A stretch of DNA of 64,000 nucleotides, from the IMG/VR virus record IMGVR_UViG_3300023278_003531, positions 35,631 to 99,630 of that record; one strand, given 5' to 3'. This DNA comes from a virus. Position numbers and translations under genes: made by a program. Positions 39,702 to 49,059 of this stretch are shown here, piece by piece; the stretch's first letter is position 1, and every line of letters starts with the position of its first letter. Below the pieces are notes generated by a model that did no database searches, had not been told where the DNA came from, and saw nothing but the letters and a program-made list of their open reading frames with translations.

Positions 39702-41582
39702 TTACGAAATTCGAGGTGCGTTCGGATTAATTTCGAATCCGGGGTCGGCGACGAGGTCACCAACATCAACTTCACCAAGAATGGCGAATACTCGATTGGT
39801 GCCTCGGAAACCGTAGGTCTGACTTGCATTCTCTCCAAGGGAGAGATTGAATGCTTCGTCAGTGATTCGAAGATCCTTAGCAAGGACCGTCTTCAACGGT
39901 CGCTCACGATGTGTGTTAGTCTTAGAAGGTACTGCGGGGATTTCCGTCGGCGAACCGGACGGATCACCATCAGGGTCTTCCGCGAGTCCATCATAATAAT
40001 TGTATCGCGTTCCTCTCTGATAGTACTCATCTCCTACCATCTCACGAGTAACAACACGTCGTTCAGACCCAACACCACCAGCTTCCTCATCAGTCTGCTG
40101 GTAAATAAGTACTGCGAGATCAAGTCGCTGGTTAGCAGTCATGAAGTCAAAGATGGAAATTTCGTCGGTGGTTAGAGCGGTAAAGCCTGCCTTCTTAGAA
40201 GCAAAGGTGGCATACTCAGTAAGATCACCAGCGGTGGTTTCCATCGTTACAGTAAATGGAATTGGGAATGTTAGGGATCGATCATAAGGCCTTAGATGCG
40301 AGAGTTCGAAAAGAGGCTCACGAGTGAGATCTGCAGCAATAGTCACAGATTGTACTCGAAGAGCAATCTCGCCATCGAGATCAAAACCAGGGCCTAGAAC
40401 ATCTTTATCAATGAGGTAAATCTCAACTTGACCCTGTCGGACCGCTCCGACGTCCTCTGGCTTAGCAGCGGGGTCAATTTCGATCGGTGAGAAATATTCA
40501 GCATCACGTCGCGTAGCCATGTTGGAAGCAGCTGCAGTACTATTTCTAGCGGTCTGCGTAGTTCCATCCAACTGACTGAAGGTGCTTGCAAAAGCGTTTG
40601 CGGCGTAAATTACGAACAGGATATCACCAGCGGACTTTACGTCTCCGTTCAAAAAAGCAACGTTAGATGAAAGATCGGTGGGATCAAATAACTCATTCGT
40701 AGAACTGTCATATACATATTTACCCGCCGTTGCTGCTGCTCCCGCCTCTACTGGAACTTCGAAAGAAGTCAAAGTAGAGTTGTTGAAGTAGCGAACAGAC
40801 GGAGTACCAAAGGAATCGAATCTTAAGAATGACAACTGACCAGTAGAGCGGGTCGAAACCAACTCGGGGACGGTTGCGTTCTCATCGAGTCCAATGAACA
40901 CGGACGCCGAGGCCTTATCGACCTTGAGTCCCGTTCCGCCAGTAACACCACTGTTGGCGTCGGTCTCACCAGCGGCATCTGCATACACAAATTCCTCATT
41001 TGAAACAAATTTACCATCATTGACAAACCAGAACTTAGAGTCTGTCTCTGCGCCGAAGTTCTCGGCAGCATTTGCCCCAGCTGAATATGTCCATTCAATA
41101 GAATTGATGAACACACGAGGCAGGTACATCGTCTGATCAATTGCATCATTCGAAGTACCAAGAGAGCACTCGCTCTGGATTGGTGCCCAAATCTCAACAG
41201 CCGAACCTGTCTCGCAGCCGGAAAGACCAAAATCGGTCAGGGCAATACCATGATAATAAGCAATTTCTACTGCAGCGTCTCCAATACCACTTACAACGGT
41301 CAAGTGACCAGAAGCGGTAGTGGCACCTTTGTTAACAACACCGTCGAACTCAAGGTTCGCTAGGTGATAAAGATTAGACACTGAACCGAACTCGTCGGTC
41401 TCGAGGGTGACTGCGACAGTCGGGGAATCATCCACGACGTCGATGACTTTAAGCTGACCCAACTCGAAGATATCTTCAGTGTTGAAGGTCGTAGTAGAGC
41501 CAAAAGTCATCACCCGATACAGTACATTACCATTTGCCCATACCGAATTACTTGGATATATAATTCGATTTCGTCTTGCCAT
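39702..41582 (-). CDS. major tail tube protein with an internal duplication (626 aa)
   Basis: Follows the tail terminator; very strong RBS; two copies of the LxRV.S....T.E..FEL tube motif. Confidence 0.82.
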   Translation of the reverse strand: MARRNRIIYPSNSVWANGNVLYRVMTFGSTTTFNTEDIFELGQLKVIDVVDDSPTVAVTLETDEFGSVSNLYHLANLEFDGVVNKGATTASGHLTVVSGIGDAAVEIAYYHGIALTDFGLSGCETGSAVEIWAPIQSECSLGTSNDAIDQTMYLPRVFINSIEWTYSAGANAAENFGAETDSKFWFVNDGKFVSNEEFVYADAAGETDANSGVTGGTGLKVDKASASVFIGLDENATVPELVSTRSTGQLSFLRFDSFGTPSVRYFNNSTLTSFEVPVEAGAAATAGKYVYDSSTNELFDPTDLSSNVAFLNGDVKSAGDILFVIYAANAFASTFSQLDGTTQTARNSTAAASNMATRRDAEYFSPIEIDPAAKPEDVGAVRQGQVEIYLIDKDVLGPGFDLDGEIALRVQSVTIAADLTREPLFELSHLRPYDRSLTFPIPFTVTMETTAGDLTEYATFASKKAGFTALTTDEISIFDFMTANQRLDLAVLIYQQTDEEAGGVGSERRVVTREMVGDEYYQRGTRYNYYDGLAEDPDGDPSGSPTEIPAVPSKTNTHRERPLKTVLAKDLRITDEAFNLSLGENASQTYGFRGTNRVFAILGEVDVGDLVADPGFEINPNAPRIS

Positions 41583-41717
41583 ATCAGGTCTTCCTCCTTT
41601 TACGAGAATTTATTTGCCACATCATTGGGGGTAAAGTGTGACACCACTAAAGTGAGGCTACTTTGGTGGAATAAAAAAGGCCTATACCATACCTGGACGC
41701 TTCTGCGTCCGTATTTG

Positions 41718-42557
41718 CTACAGAGAGTTGAAATCCAAACCCATTCTGTAAGATTCTGCCATGAAAGTTACCTTAGAACGCCATTGATTAAGATCACTCC
41801 ATTCCTGCCTAAAACTAATAGGCTCCGCTCTTACATTTCTGAAATGAAAAAGAGCATCATCGTTTCCATTGACCTGGAGAACATCTCCGGCCCAACCAGT
41901 ATTATAAGTACCATCATAGTTGAGAGGCTCACCCTCTCTAAAGTCCATAACGGTTAAGTGTCTATTATACAAAGCATCATAAATAAACTCAGTAAGATCA
42001 TCCCGTTCAGAGCTGGAGGTAGCAAAGACATGGATGATCATGTTTCTGCGCGAGATTCTACCAGGCCCGATCTGATAAGGATCTTTCTGGTATGCACCCA
42101 TCTCCACCGCCACAATTGGACCATCTGGAGGATTAGTGCCAGGCCATCCATCAATTACAGATACGTAGTTTTGACTAAAATCAACCAGGGTAGGAACTCC
42201 GTCCGGAGTAGTAGTACCCCCACTGGCGACGAGTGCACCGTCAAGATAATTTATTGTGTAGTAGGAGCTGTCTATCACCCCTCCCACTTCGTTATATACA
42301 GTTACTCTGGTGGTTTGTTCGGTATTGGGAATCCCTGTCGTACAGAGAGAGTCCTGACCGTAAGCGTCAAAATAAACCCAACCCCGACCCTCGTCTAGAA
42401 AATTAGGGAGCCAGGTTATTGCTGCTTCAAACCGTGTCTTATCTGCGTTGTAGCTGAGGGGCGCATTAACAATGTTCTCTACCCACTTCATGGGGAGAAG
42501 AACACCCTTCAACCAGTGCTGCAACGACTGGTCTTCCATGCGGGCTAGAGTTACCAT
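41718..42557 (-). CDS. tail terminator-like protein
   Basis: GPIVAVEMG..YQIG..RRNMIIHVFATSSSERDDLTEFIYDAL; sits just before the tube gene. Confidence 0.7.
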   Translation of the reverse strand: MVTLARMEDQSLQHWLKGVLLPMKWVENIVNAPLSYNADKTRFEAAITWLPNFLDEGRGWVYFDAYGQDSLCTTGIPNTEQTTRVTVYNEVGGVIDSSYYTINYLDGALVASGGTTTPDGVPTLVDFSQNYVSVIDGWPGTNPPDGPIVAVEMGAYQKDPYQIGPGRISRRNMIIHVFATSSSERDDLTEFIYDALYNRHLTVMDFREGEPLNYDGTYNTGWAGDVLQVNGNDDALFHFRNVRAEPISFRQEWSDLNQWRSKVTFMAESYRMGLDFNSL

Positions 42558-43210
42558 TATAAACGCTTTCCCTCCCTTGCGGATTTGATTGCTTTAGTAA
42601 TGAATGGTTTTAATTTAAATTCATTAATCGCCTCGGTAAAAATATCCAAAGGAGAAAGTCCAGAAAAGGGATGCCTGACGGAAGCAAATGAGGTGAATTT
42701 ACTCCACCCCTCCCTATCGAACTCATCACGGCTAATCATAAACCCTTCCTGGAATCTACCAGGAGTAGGAGGGGAACCTCCCTTCTGGGCGTAAAGTTCA
42801 GGAGTAATAAAAGCCCACTCTCCCAACAATCCCTCTATATAGAACACCACCCAGTCGAGCGGATTAAAACTTTTAGGATCCCAATTACCATCCTCCGAAT
42901 AACCTAAAAACTCCTTTTCTCCTAAACGAACTATAAGTCCTCGATCAGTAACCAGCAAGTTGTGTTCCAGGTCTTGCTCAAGTTTTGTCTTAAATTCTGT
43001 TCTCCAATAAGCGGGGTTAGTAGGATCTTCAGGCATACCCGACATTCTAGAAGAAAGATCATCATACCCATCCATAATCATGTCAATTAGATGAGGCATA
43101 GCCTCCGTTCTAATAACCGTGACTACATTATGGTGGATGAGCTCCTGCCTCTTCTTGAGGATTCTACTTAATCCAGACGTATCTATATTTAGATTTGCCT
43201 TAAACCCCAC
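42557..43210 (-). CDS. neck/tail-completion protein
   Basis: Position in the neck cluster; C-terminal PFITKAIK resembles HK97 gp10-like ends. Confidence 0.55.
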   Translation of the reverse strand: MGFKANLNIDTSGLSRILKKRQELIHHNVVTVIRTEAMPHLIDMIMDGYDDLSSRMSGMPEDPTNPAYWRTEFKTKLEQDLEHNLLVTDRGLIVRLGEKEFLGYSEDGNWDPKSFNPLDWVVFYIEGLLGEWAFITPELYAQKGGSPPTPGRFQEGFMISRDEFDREGWSKFTSFASVRHPFSGLSPLDIFTEAINEFKLKPFITKAIKSAREGKRL

Positions 43211-43890
43211 TATCTGCCTCCCAGACGGCCCCGCTGGTCAAGAATATCAGAGGCATTCTTGATTCTCTTTCTAGGATCATCATCTCTACTTAGTTTGTCA
43301 CCACTTCCATAATTACCACTGGTACGCTGACCCTCATCTACTGTTTGCATCAGCGTCTCACACACAGCGTCCTCACCACCAAGTCCTCTAAGGAAAGGGG
43401 GCTTAAACTTGGCGAGCTTTACGTTGGTGTTTATAAAAAATATTTCATTGTTCAGAAGCAGCTCGTAGTTACAAGGGAGCGTCTTGATGATTACCAGACT
43501 AACTCCCTCCTTACCAGCAGCTTCACTTTGAAAAGAACCCCTTCTTCCCGTCTCAGAGAAGAAATTAACCATTGACTTGATGCAAATCTCCTTGTTAGTA
43601 AAGATCTGACCCTCTCCGATACATACCGGGCATCTCCCCTCTGTAAAACTGATAGGACTCAGGAGTCTAGAATCACTGGTACCTGCGAAGATGGTCGTGG
43701 GGGTAACGAATGTAGAATCAAAAACATTAGAAGAGTTCTTGTTGATGGAATCCCAAATACAGTTGGGGCAATCCACGAACATAGGACTCTCCTGGACTAC
43801 AACCAGATCCTGAGATAGGTCAGTTACCAGCTGCTGAACCTTCCTCTTATAATCCTTCTTCATCTTGCTAGTTACTAGTTTTCTCGGCAT
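43210..43890 (-). CDS. head-closure (stopper)-like protein with Zn finger
   Basis: CPNC...CPVC.GEG motifs; follows the adaptor. Confidence 0.6.
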   Translation of the reverse strand: MPRKLVTSKMKKDYKRKVQQLVTDLSQDLVVVQESPMFVDCPNCIWDSINKNSSNVFDSTFVTPTTIFAGTSDSRLLSPISFTEGRCPVCIGEGQIFTNKEICIKSMVNFFSETGRRGSFQSEAAGKEGVSLVIIKTLPCNYELLLNNEIFFINTNVKLAKFKPPFLRGLGGEDAVCETLMQTVDEGQRTSGNYGSGDKLSRDDDPRKRIKNASDILDQRGRLGGR

Positions 43891-44846
43891 TAGTCTATCC
43901 TAACGCCAGTAATATTGTATGAAGATGCATATCTAGCACACTCAACCAGGTAGTCTATCTTTCTCTTAAGATCAGATAAATCCTCCGTTCGAGATCTAAT
44001 CATCGCACTATTGTCGTAGGTGGTATCCCCATCAACGATCTTGAATGCTCCCTGTGAGACTTCTCTAATTTCCCCCTCAAGTAGAAGGATGGCTGCTTGC
44101 ATGATTCTCATCTCAGTGGTTATTTGCGTCGCGGTGAGCCCACAACTGACTAGCAGATTCGCCGAGCGGTCATACGCCAGTAGGATCTCACGGTCAGAGA
44201 ACCTGAAGTGATTATAATAAACGTCTAGAGACCCTGTAATGCACGGGCTAGTGCCACTAAAAGACAAAAAGCGGTAACCAATAACCTGAGGGTCAGCGAT
44301 ATCGGTCTTTTCAATACCATTGAGAAGTACCTTTTGAGGCCAAGCCTTCCACTCATTCATCTCCCAAGTACATCCATTGGGATCGATCTGGGTGGCACAG
44401 GCGGCATTTGATTGTACATCAGAGGAGTCGTAAATGTCTCTCTCGATCAGACCACTGTCGCCTAGGGTAAGACGCAAAGACTCCACGATCTCCCTGTCAT
44501 CGTCACTGAGGGCGATCTCCGGGGGATATGTAGCGGTAGTAGTAGGTACGGTGTATTCGGAAAAGATCCCAGTCTCCTGGGCCACTTCTGAGAATACACT
44601 GGAGATCAGGGTGCTGGTATTGTAATACTGCGCCTTGTAATACAGTGCCGGCGTACTAGTCAAATCGCAATAGACAACAGAAGAAGAGACAGCCACCTCA
44701 GCGAGGAGACTGTAAGGTCCATTCACATCGGTAGCTCTAAATATTCGCACCACATCGAAAAGAGTCCCCACTGCGGTAACGGAAGTCGCGGTTATTGTTA
44801 AAGTACCATTAACTATACTATCAATAACTGGCTTGAGTACTGACAT
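43890..44846 (-). CDS. head-tail adaptor/connector with N-terminal Ig/FN3-like domain
   Basis: VRIFRATDVNGPYSLL..YYKAQY FN3-like N-terminus; FSDREIL..AAILLL..KIVDGDTTYD adaptor-like C-terminus. Confidence 0.65.
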   Translation of the reverse strand: MSVLKPVIDSIVNGTLTITATSVTAVGTLFDVVRIFRATDVNGPYSLLAEVAVSSSVVYCDLTSTPALYYKAQYYNTSTLISSVFSEVAQETGIFSEYTVPTTTATYPPEIALSDDDREIVESLRLTLGDSGLIERDIYDSSDVQSNAACATQIDPNGCTWEMNEWKAWPQKVLLNGIEKTDIADPQVIGYRFLSFSGTSPCITGSLDVYYNHFRFSDREILLAYDRSANLLVSCGLTATQITTEMRIMQAAILLLEGEIREVSQGAFKIVDGDTTYDNSAMIRSRTEDLSDLKRKIDYLVECARYASSYNITGVRID

Positions 44847-44883
44847 GTGTTAGGACTCCTCCTTCTTATTAGTGACGCACACT

Positions 44884-45414
44884 CTAATAAACTTCCTCCA
44901 GTCTTTTCATAACGAGGCGTCTATGTTCTTCTTTATTAGAAAAATGATTAGTCATGCTCAATGCTCTCTTCAAGATCTTACGGTCATTTGTATTATTGAT
45001 TAGCGACTTGGCGTCTTCGATACTCGATTCAACTATTAGGCCTGACGTTACCTTTGCTCTCTCGTTTGCATCCTTAGTTCGAGTAAATTTCTTTCCGGCC
45101 CCTTTCCCAGGTGTTACCTTCTTACGAACTTTAGGTACAGAAACTACTACTTCTGGTTCCCCCTTCTTGACTTCTACTGCAGTCTCTCTATCTTCCTTGA
45201 AAAAAGGAACTCCTTCTTCTTTGTAAAAATTCCACCCATCGGCGGAGAAGTAGTTTTCCTTCAACCACTTGGCAAAAGCGACCCCCTTTTTCAAACCGCT
45301 ACGCTCACCAACAGTTAGATACGCGTTATCTAGTGAGAGGATGCCGTTTATTGGTAAGGGCCTCTGTAGTTTAAAAATAGATCTATTTGTCTCGTTCTTA
45401 ACAAAACCTTTCAT
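44884..45414 (-). CDS. hypothetical protein (176 aa)
   Basis: AAGGAG RBS, co-oriented. Confidence 0.7.
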   Translation of the reverse strand: MKGFVKNETNRSIFKLQRPLPINGILSLDNAYLTVGERSGLKKGVAFAKWLKENYFSADGWNFYKEEGVPFFKEDRETAVEVKKGEPEVVVSVPKVRKKVTPGKGAGKKFTRTKDANERAKVTSGLIVESSIEDAKSLINNTNDRKILKRALSMTNHFSNKEEHRRLVMKRLEEVY

Positions 45415-45424
45415 AAAATACTCC

Positions 45425-45769
45425 TTAATCCTTTATAATATTAACATACCTCTGGTCATAATATTTATCCGTCCATTTATCAACGATGTTGTGGATAACA
45501 TTAGATAGTCTTTGGACTATGAACAAAGTAAAGAATAGATCCAAGTAACCGTTACCGGACATGGGCACAACAGGTCTCGCTACGCAAACCACTACGGCTG
45601 CAACCCAAAAAGAAAAACAATAACCACAACTGAGTAATTCCCCAAACCAACTACCCCATTTAGAAACTACAGCGCGAAGGGGTTTAAAGAGAACAGATTT
45701 AATTACTAGTTCCGTTAGCGCCTCAGTAATGAAAGCTGCTGCTAAAATATGTAAAAATATAAGACCCAT
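45425..45769 (-). CDS. DUF1360-like membrane protein
   Basis: Hydrophobic segments and ELLSCGYCFSFWVA (CxxC..W) motif. Confidence 0.7.
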   Translation of the reverse strand: MGLIFLHILAAAFITEALTELVIKSVLFKPLRAVVSKWGSWFGELLSCGYCFSFWVAAVVVCVARPVVPMSGNGYLDLFFTLFIVQRLSNVIHNIVDKWTDKYYDQRYVNIIKD

Positions 45770-45778
45770 GTAATTCTC

Positions 45779-46081
45779 CTATTCGTATATAATAGTAACG
45801 TCTATGTCCGCACTTAAAACCAACGTTAATCCGTTGTTTAGTGGGATGTCGAAACCAATACTCTTCTTGAAAGCATTTCCTGTGCCGATGGTGGATTGAT
45901 AAACAATATCGCCCGAGGCGGCGCCGTTATTATACACTGTAATAGTGCTGCTGTTGGGATTAGAATTAATCGAAATCTGGTGGAGCCATGCCTTAGCGCC
46001 CGTCTCGCGCAGTACGGTGGTGGACGCGAGGTCAACTCGGAACCATTTTCTAGCATCTCTGTAGTGGACAGTATTTGTCAT
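45779..46081 (-). CDS. small beta-rich virion protein, paralogue 3 of 3
   Basis: RKW..LRETGAKAWLHQI..ITVYNNGAASGD..FDIPLNNGLTLV..IYE. Confidence 0.8.
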   Translation of the reverse strand: MTNTVHYRDARKWFRVDLASTTVLRETGAKAWLHQISINSNPNSSTITVYNNGAASGDIVYQSTIGTGNAFKKSIGFDIPLNNGLTLVLSADIDVTIIYE

Positions 46082-46090
46082 TTGTACCTC

Positions 46091-46393
46091 CTACTCATAT
46101 ATAACGGTTAAATCTAACCCACCGCTACCAACTACAGTAAGACCCTTATCAAGTAATACATTAAAGTCAAACACACGTGATTGGTTAGAGGCGAACCCGA
46201 CATTAAGCACTGAGACGGGATCAGATGACTCTCCGGAACTATTATAAATCACAACCGTGGCCGGGTCGAAGGCCGTGTTAATTATAATTCTGTGCAGCCG
46301 TGCTGAATTACCATCACCCCTAATAACAGTGGTCCCTGCGGTACTAATACGTATCCATTTTCTATTTTCTCTATTAGGTTCTTCCATCCTCAA
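46091..46393 (-). CDS. small beta-rich virion protein, paralogue 2 of 3
   Basis: RKW..IRGDGNSARLHRI..VVIYNSSG..FNVLLDKGLTVV..IYE. Confidence 0.8.
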   Translation of the reverse strand: MRMEEPNRENRKWIRISTAGTTVIRGDGNSARLHRIIINTAFDPATVVIYNSSGESSDPVSVLNVGFASNQSRVFDFNVLLDKGLTVVGSGGLDLTVIYE

Positions 46394-46398
46394 ACTCC

Positions 46399-46695
46399 CT
46401 ACTCGTATACCACTGTTAGGTTCATCGGGGCACTCAAGACAATGGTTAGTCCGCTATCTAATCTAACATCAAACAGAAACGGGTTCCTAAGAGCGGCTGT
46501 ATCCGTTAAAGTAATTAACGCAAAGACATCACCAGACGCTGCTCCATTATTATAAATTGTAACAGTTCCGGGTGCGGGATCACCTGGTATAATGGAATGA
46601 AGCCATGCAGTATTACCAGTGGCTCTTAGTATATTAGTACCTGAGGTCAATCGTGCCCATTTCCTACCTTCCCTGTAGAGTGGATTATCTGTCAT
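46399..46695 (-). CDS. small beta-rich virion protein, paralogue 1 of 3
   Basis: RKW..LRATGNTAWLHSI..VTIYNNGAASGD..FDVRLDSGLTIV..VYE. Confidence 0.8.
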   Translation of the reverse strand: MTDNPLYREGRKWARLTSGTNILRATGNTAWLHSIIPGDPAPGTVTIYNNGAASGDVFALITLTDTAALRNPFLFDVRLDSGLTIVLSAPMNLTVVYE

Positions 46696-46712
46696 TTATC
46701 TTTTCCTTGTTG

Positions 46713-47225
46713 TTAAATTTCAGACATAAATTCTTCTGCGGTCTTAGTGTGTTTCCTAAGATTACAACTAGGACACGCAAGGCATAAATTAGACCAAGTG
46801 TGCTTACCTCCCCTAGAAAGGGGCAGTTTGTGATCTAAATGAGAATTTTCTTCAATAGAAACACTGCAATAAAAACACATCTTATCTTGTACACACGAGA
46901 GTAGTTCTATCATGCCACTAAAAATAAATCCTAAATTATTATCCTTAAGTGCTCGTCTTTTTTGGGCATATTCTCTAAATTTAAGTTTATTAGATTTCTG
47001 ATATTCAGATTGTTTTGATGGATATTTATCCCTATAAGATTCACTATATTCTCTGTGCATTATTTTCTTTCTCTCTATGTTGCACTTATAATACTTATTA
47101 TTTCTAAGTTTATCTATCTCCGATACACACTCTTTACACTGAGATTTAAATCCATTTTTAGAAGAACTATTTTTATAGAATTCATTCTTTCTCTTTAGCA
47201 CCTTGCATGTACTACATATTTTCAT
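46713..47225 (-). CDS. HNH homing endonuclease
   Basis: CSTC..CKEC Zn finger; CFYC..HLDHKLPLSRGG.H..NL..CPSCN. Confidence 0.9.
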   Translation of the reverse strand: MKICSTCKVLKRKNEFYKNSSSKNGFKSQCKECVSEIDKLRNNKYYKCNIERKKIMHREYSESYRDKYPSKQSEYQKSNKLKFREYAQKRRALKDNNLGFIFSGMIELLSCVQDKMCFYCSVSIEENSHLDHKLPLSRGGKHTWSNLCLACPSCNLRKHTKTAEEFMSEI

Positions 47226-47400
47226 AAATACCTCTTGTAGCTAGAACGTAGGGACAGTTAGCGGGGAGACTAACCTTTTTTAGATGCCTAGGCTATAGGA
47301 ACCCACGCTCTAGCTTTTAATATTATGGGACCTAAAAAACCTACAAGAGCATTGTTTATCTAATCCCTACCTACCGCGGGTCCCCTTATTACTTGCTCCC

Positions 47401-47432
47401 AAAAGGAGAAAGACGCTTACGCGCCTCCCCCC
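47401..47432 (-). terminator. intrinsic terminator after the major capsid gene
   Basis: GGGGGGAGGCGC-GTAA-GCGTCTTTCTCC stem (with G-U pairs) followed by TTTT. Confidence 0.7.
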
Positions 47433-47451
47433 TAAGGGATTAACGCGATGA

Positions 47452-48519
47452 TTAACTTCGGTCAATAACACCAAGCTGGGTCATTCGAGAGTCGAGAAGG
47501 GCGAACCCTACCTCTTCCCATCCGAAGAATCCCTGCTTCTGCTGTCGAAGCAAGCTCGGGTCATCGTGCGCCTCGAACTCCTTTCGTACAGGCATAACAA
47601 GCGAATCATTAACGGAGAGATCAAATCCATAGACCTGGGTCTCACCTGCAGTGGTAACGTTTCCGTTAGCATCCACGGTGTTAATGTTCGTTGGGGTGTA
47701 ATCATTGAAGTCGCCGGAACCATCTACCTGGAAGATACCATAAGAAGCGCCGTTCTGGTTGATGTTGAATCGACCAGTAGCACCAAGCTGGAATACCTCA
47801 TGTAGATTTACGTTCCAGATTCGACCCATACCAGCAGCCGTGAAAATCTCTCGGCGGGTGATCGGATCAACCTGAGTATCGGTCCACTCACGAATGTCAG
47901 CGGCGTCCTCAGGGGAAATGTATAGGTCAGTAAGGGAGCGTCGAACTCTCTTCATTCCTACCATCATCAGGTTCAGGAGCTCCTTCGAGAGGAACTTCTC
48001 ACCGGTAGATCCGGAGGGAACCTGGAAAACAGGAGCATTGCGAGCGCCAAGGAGACCCTGGCCTGCGAAGTCAGTAGTAGCACCGGGGACAATTACTCGC
48101 CATCCGGACTCCTCTTCGTAGTCTGCAATAGATCGTGCTGCGTTTCGAGCTGCTCGCTCGGGGATATCAATGCGTGAGTCGCGTGCGTAGGTTACCTTCC
48201 AATCCGCAGATACTGCGATGGAGAAAGTAGGTACGTACACTTCCTCACCAACACCCTCAACGAAGTTCTGTGCGATATATCCGAGTCCCGGAAGTACGAA
48301 TACCGGAACGTCGAAGTCGTCAGCAACTGGATATACAGCCTGTGCGCCTGGCGCCAATCGCTCAACAGCAAAGAGCTGTCGCATGATGGACGCGTCTCGA
48401 ATCTCCTGGAGAATCGGGACAGTAAGAGCCTGCGCAAAGGCTTTGTATGCTTCAACACCCTCGGGAGTGTCGATAGCTGCAGTTGCTTGGAACATTTCCT
48501 GTAGCTTTGTTCTATCCAT
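47452..48519 (-). CDS. major capsid protein (HK97 fold)
   Basis: 355 aa after scaffold and decoration genes; SIMRQLFAVERL, FSIAV..RIDI..RA..SIA.YEE, LYISPE...DIREW, C-terminal GFFGWEEVGFALLD. Confidence 0.9.
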   Translation of the reverse strand: MDRTKLQEMFQATAAIDTPEGVEAYKAFAQALTVPILQEIRDASIMRQLFAVERLAPGAQAVYPVADDFDVPVFVLPGLGYIAQNFVEGVGEEVYVPTFSIAVSADWKVTYARDSRIDIPERAARNAARSIADYEEESGWRVIVPGATTDFAGQGLLGARNAPVFQVPSGSTGEKFLSKELLNLMMVGMKRVRRSLTDLYISPEDAADIREWTDTQVDPITRREIFTAAGMGRIWNVNLHEVFQLGATGRFNINQNGASYGIFQVDGSGDFNDYTPTNINTVDANGNVTTAGETQVYGFDLSVNDSLVMPVRKEFEAHDDPSLLRQQKQGFFGWEEVGFALLDSRMTQLGVIDRS

Positions 48520-48538
48520 GATAGAAACCTCCTTTGGG

Positions 48539-49045
48539 TTAGATTAGTAGTTTAATCCTGAGAGACGATCCTGCCGCTACAGCAGTCGCATCCAGGGTAT
48601 TTTGGGCAACAGCAACAACGTTCTGCGTGGCAATGTTAATGCCATTCTTTGAATCAAAATCGACGGCGTCGCCATCGTCGGCAGGAATAACCCTACCAGC
48701 CTCGGTAACACCTAAAAGGTCACCGAACGCGTAAGTTGCTGATGTATCATAAAAAGTAGTATCATACAGACCAAGGTGAGCGACGGCAACCGGATCACCG
48801 GTAAACGCGTCAGAACTGCCCAGATCACCAGGGAGTCGAAAACCCGTGGGGTGAGCCGAAGACTCAGCCTTCACGTTCTGCATGAGGAAACCATAAGGGT
48901 ACGTATCGCTACCACTAACCACCATTACTTTTTCACTGGCGGATAGGGAAACAACAGCACCTGCGGTCGCAGTAGCATTTCCATTGGTCGAGTCGTGCAC
49001 CAGGAACTGGTTCTGCGAAACTGGGTCGCGTGGAATGAATACCAT
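48539..49045 (-). CDS. head decoration/cement protein
   Basis: Directly upstream of the MCP; AGAVV..PYGFLMQNV..GDPVAV..GLYDT..GDLL pattern. Confidence 0.7.
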   Translation of the reverse strand: MVFIPRDPVSQNQFLVHDSTNGNATATAGAVVSLSASEKVMVVSGSDTYPYGFLMQNVKAESSAHPTGFRLPGDLGSSDAFTGDPVAVAHLGLYDTTFYDTSATYAFGDLLGVTEAGRVIPADDGDAVDFDSKNGINIATQNVVAVAQNTLDATAVAAGSSLRIKLLI

Positions 49046-49059
49046 GTTTCATTTCCTCC

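Noticed and set aside
39702-43890. Contractile tail sheath gene
   Set aside because: No sheath-like ORF between neck and tube; the 626-aa protein is better explained as a duplicated tube fold.
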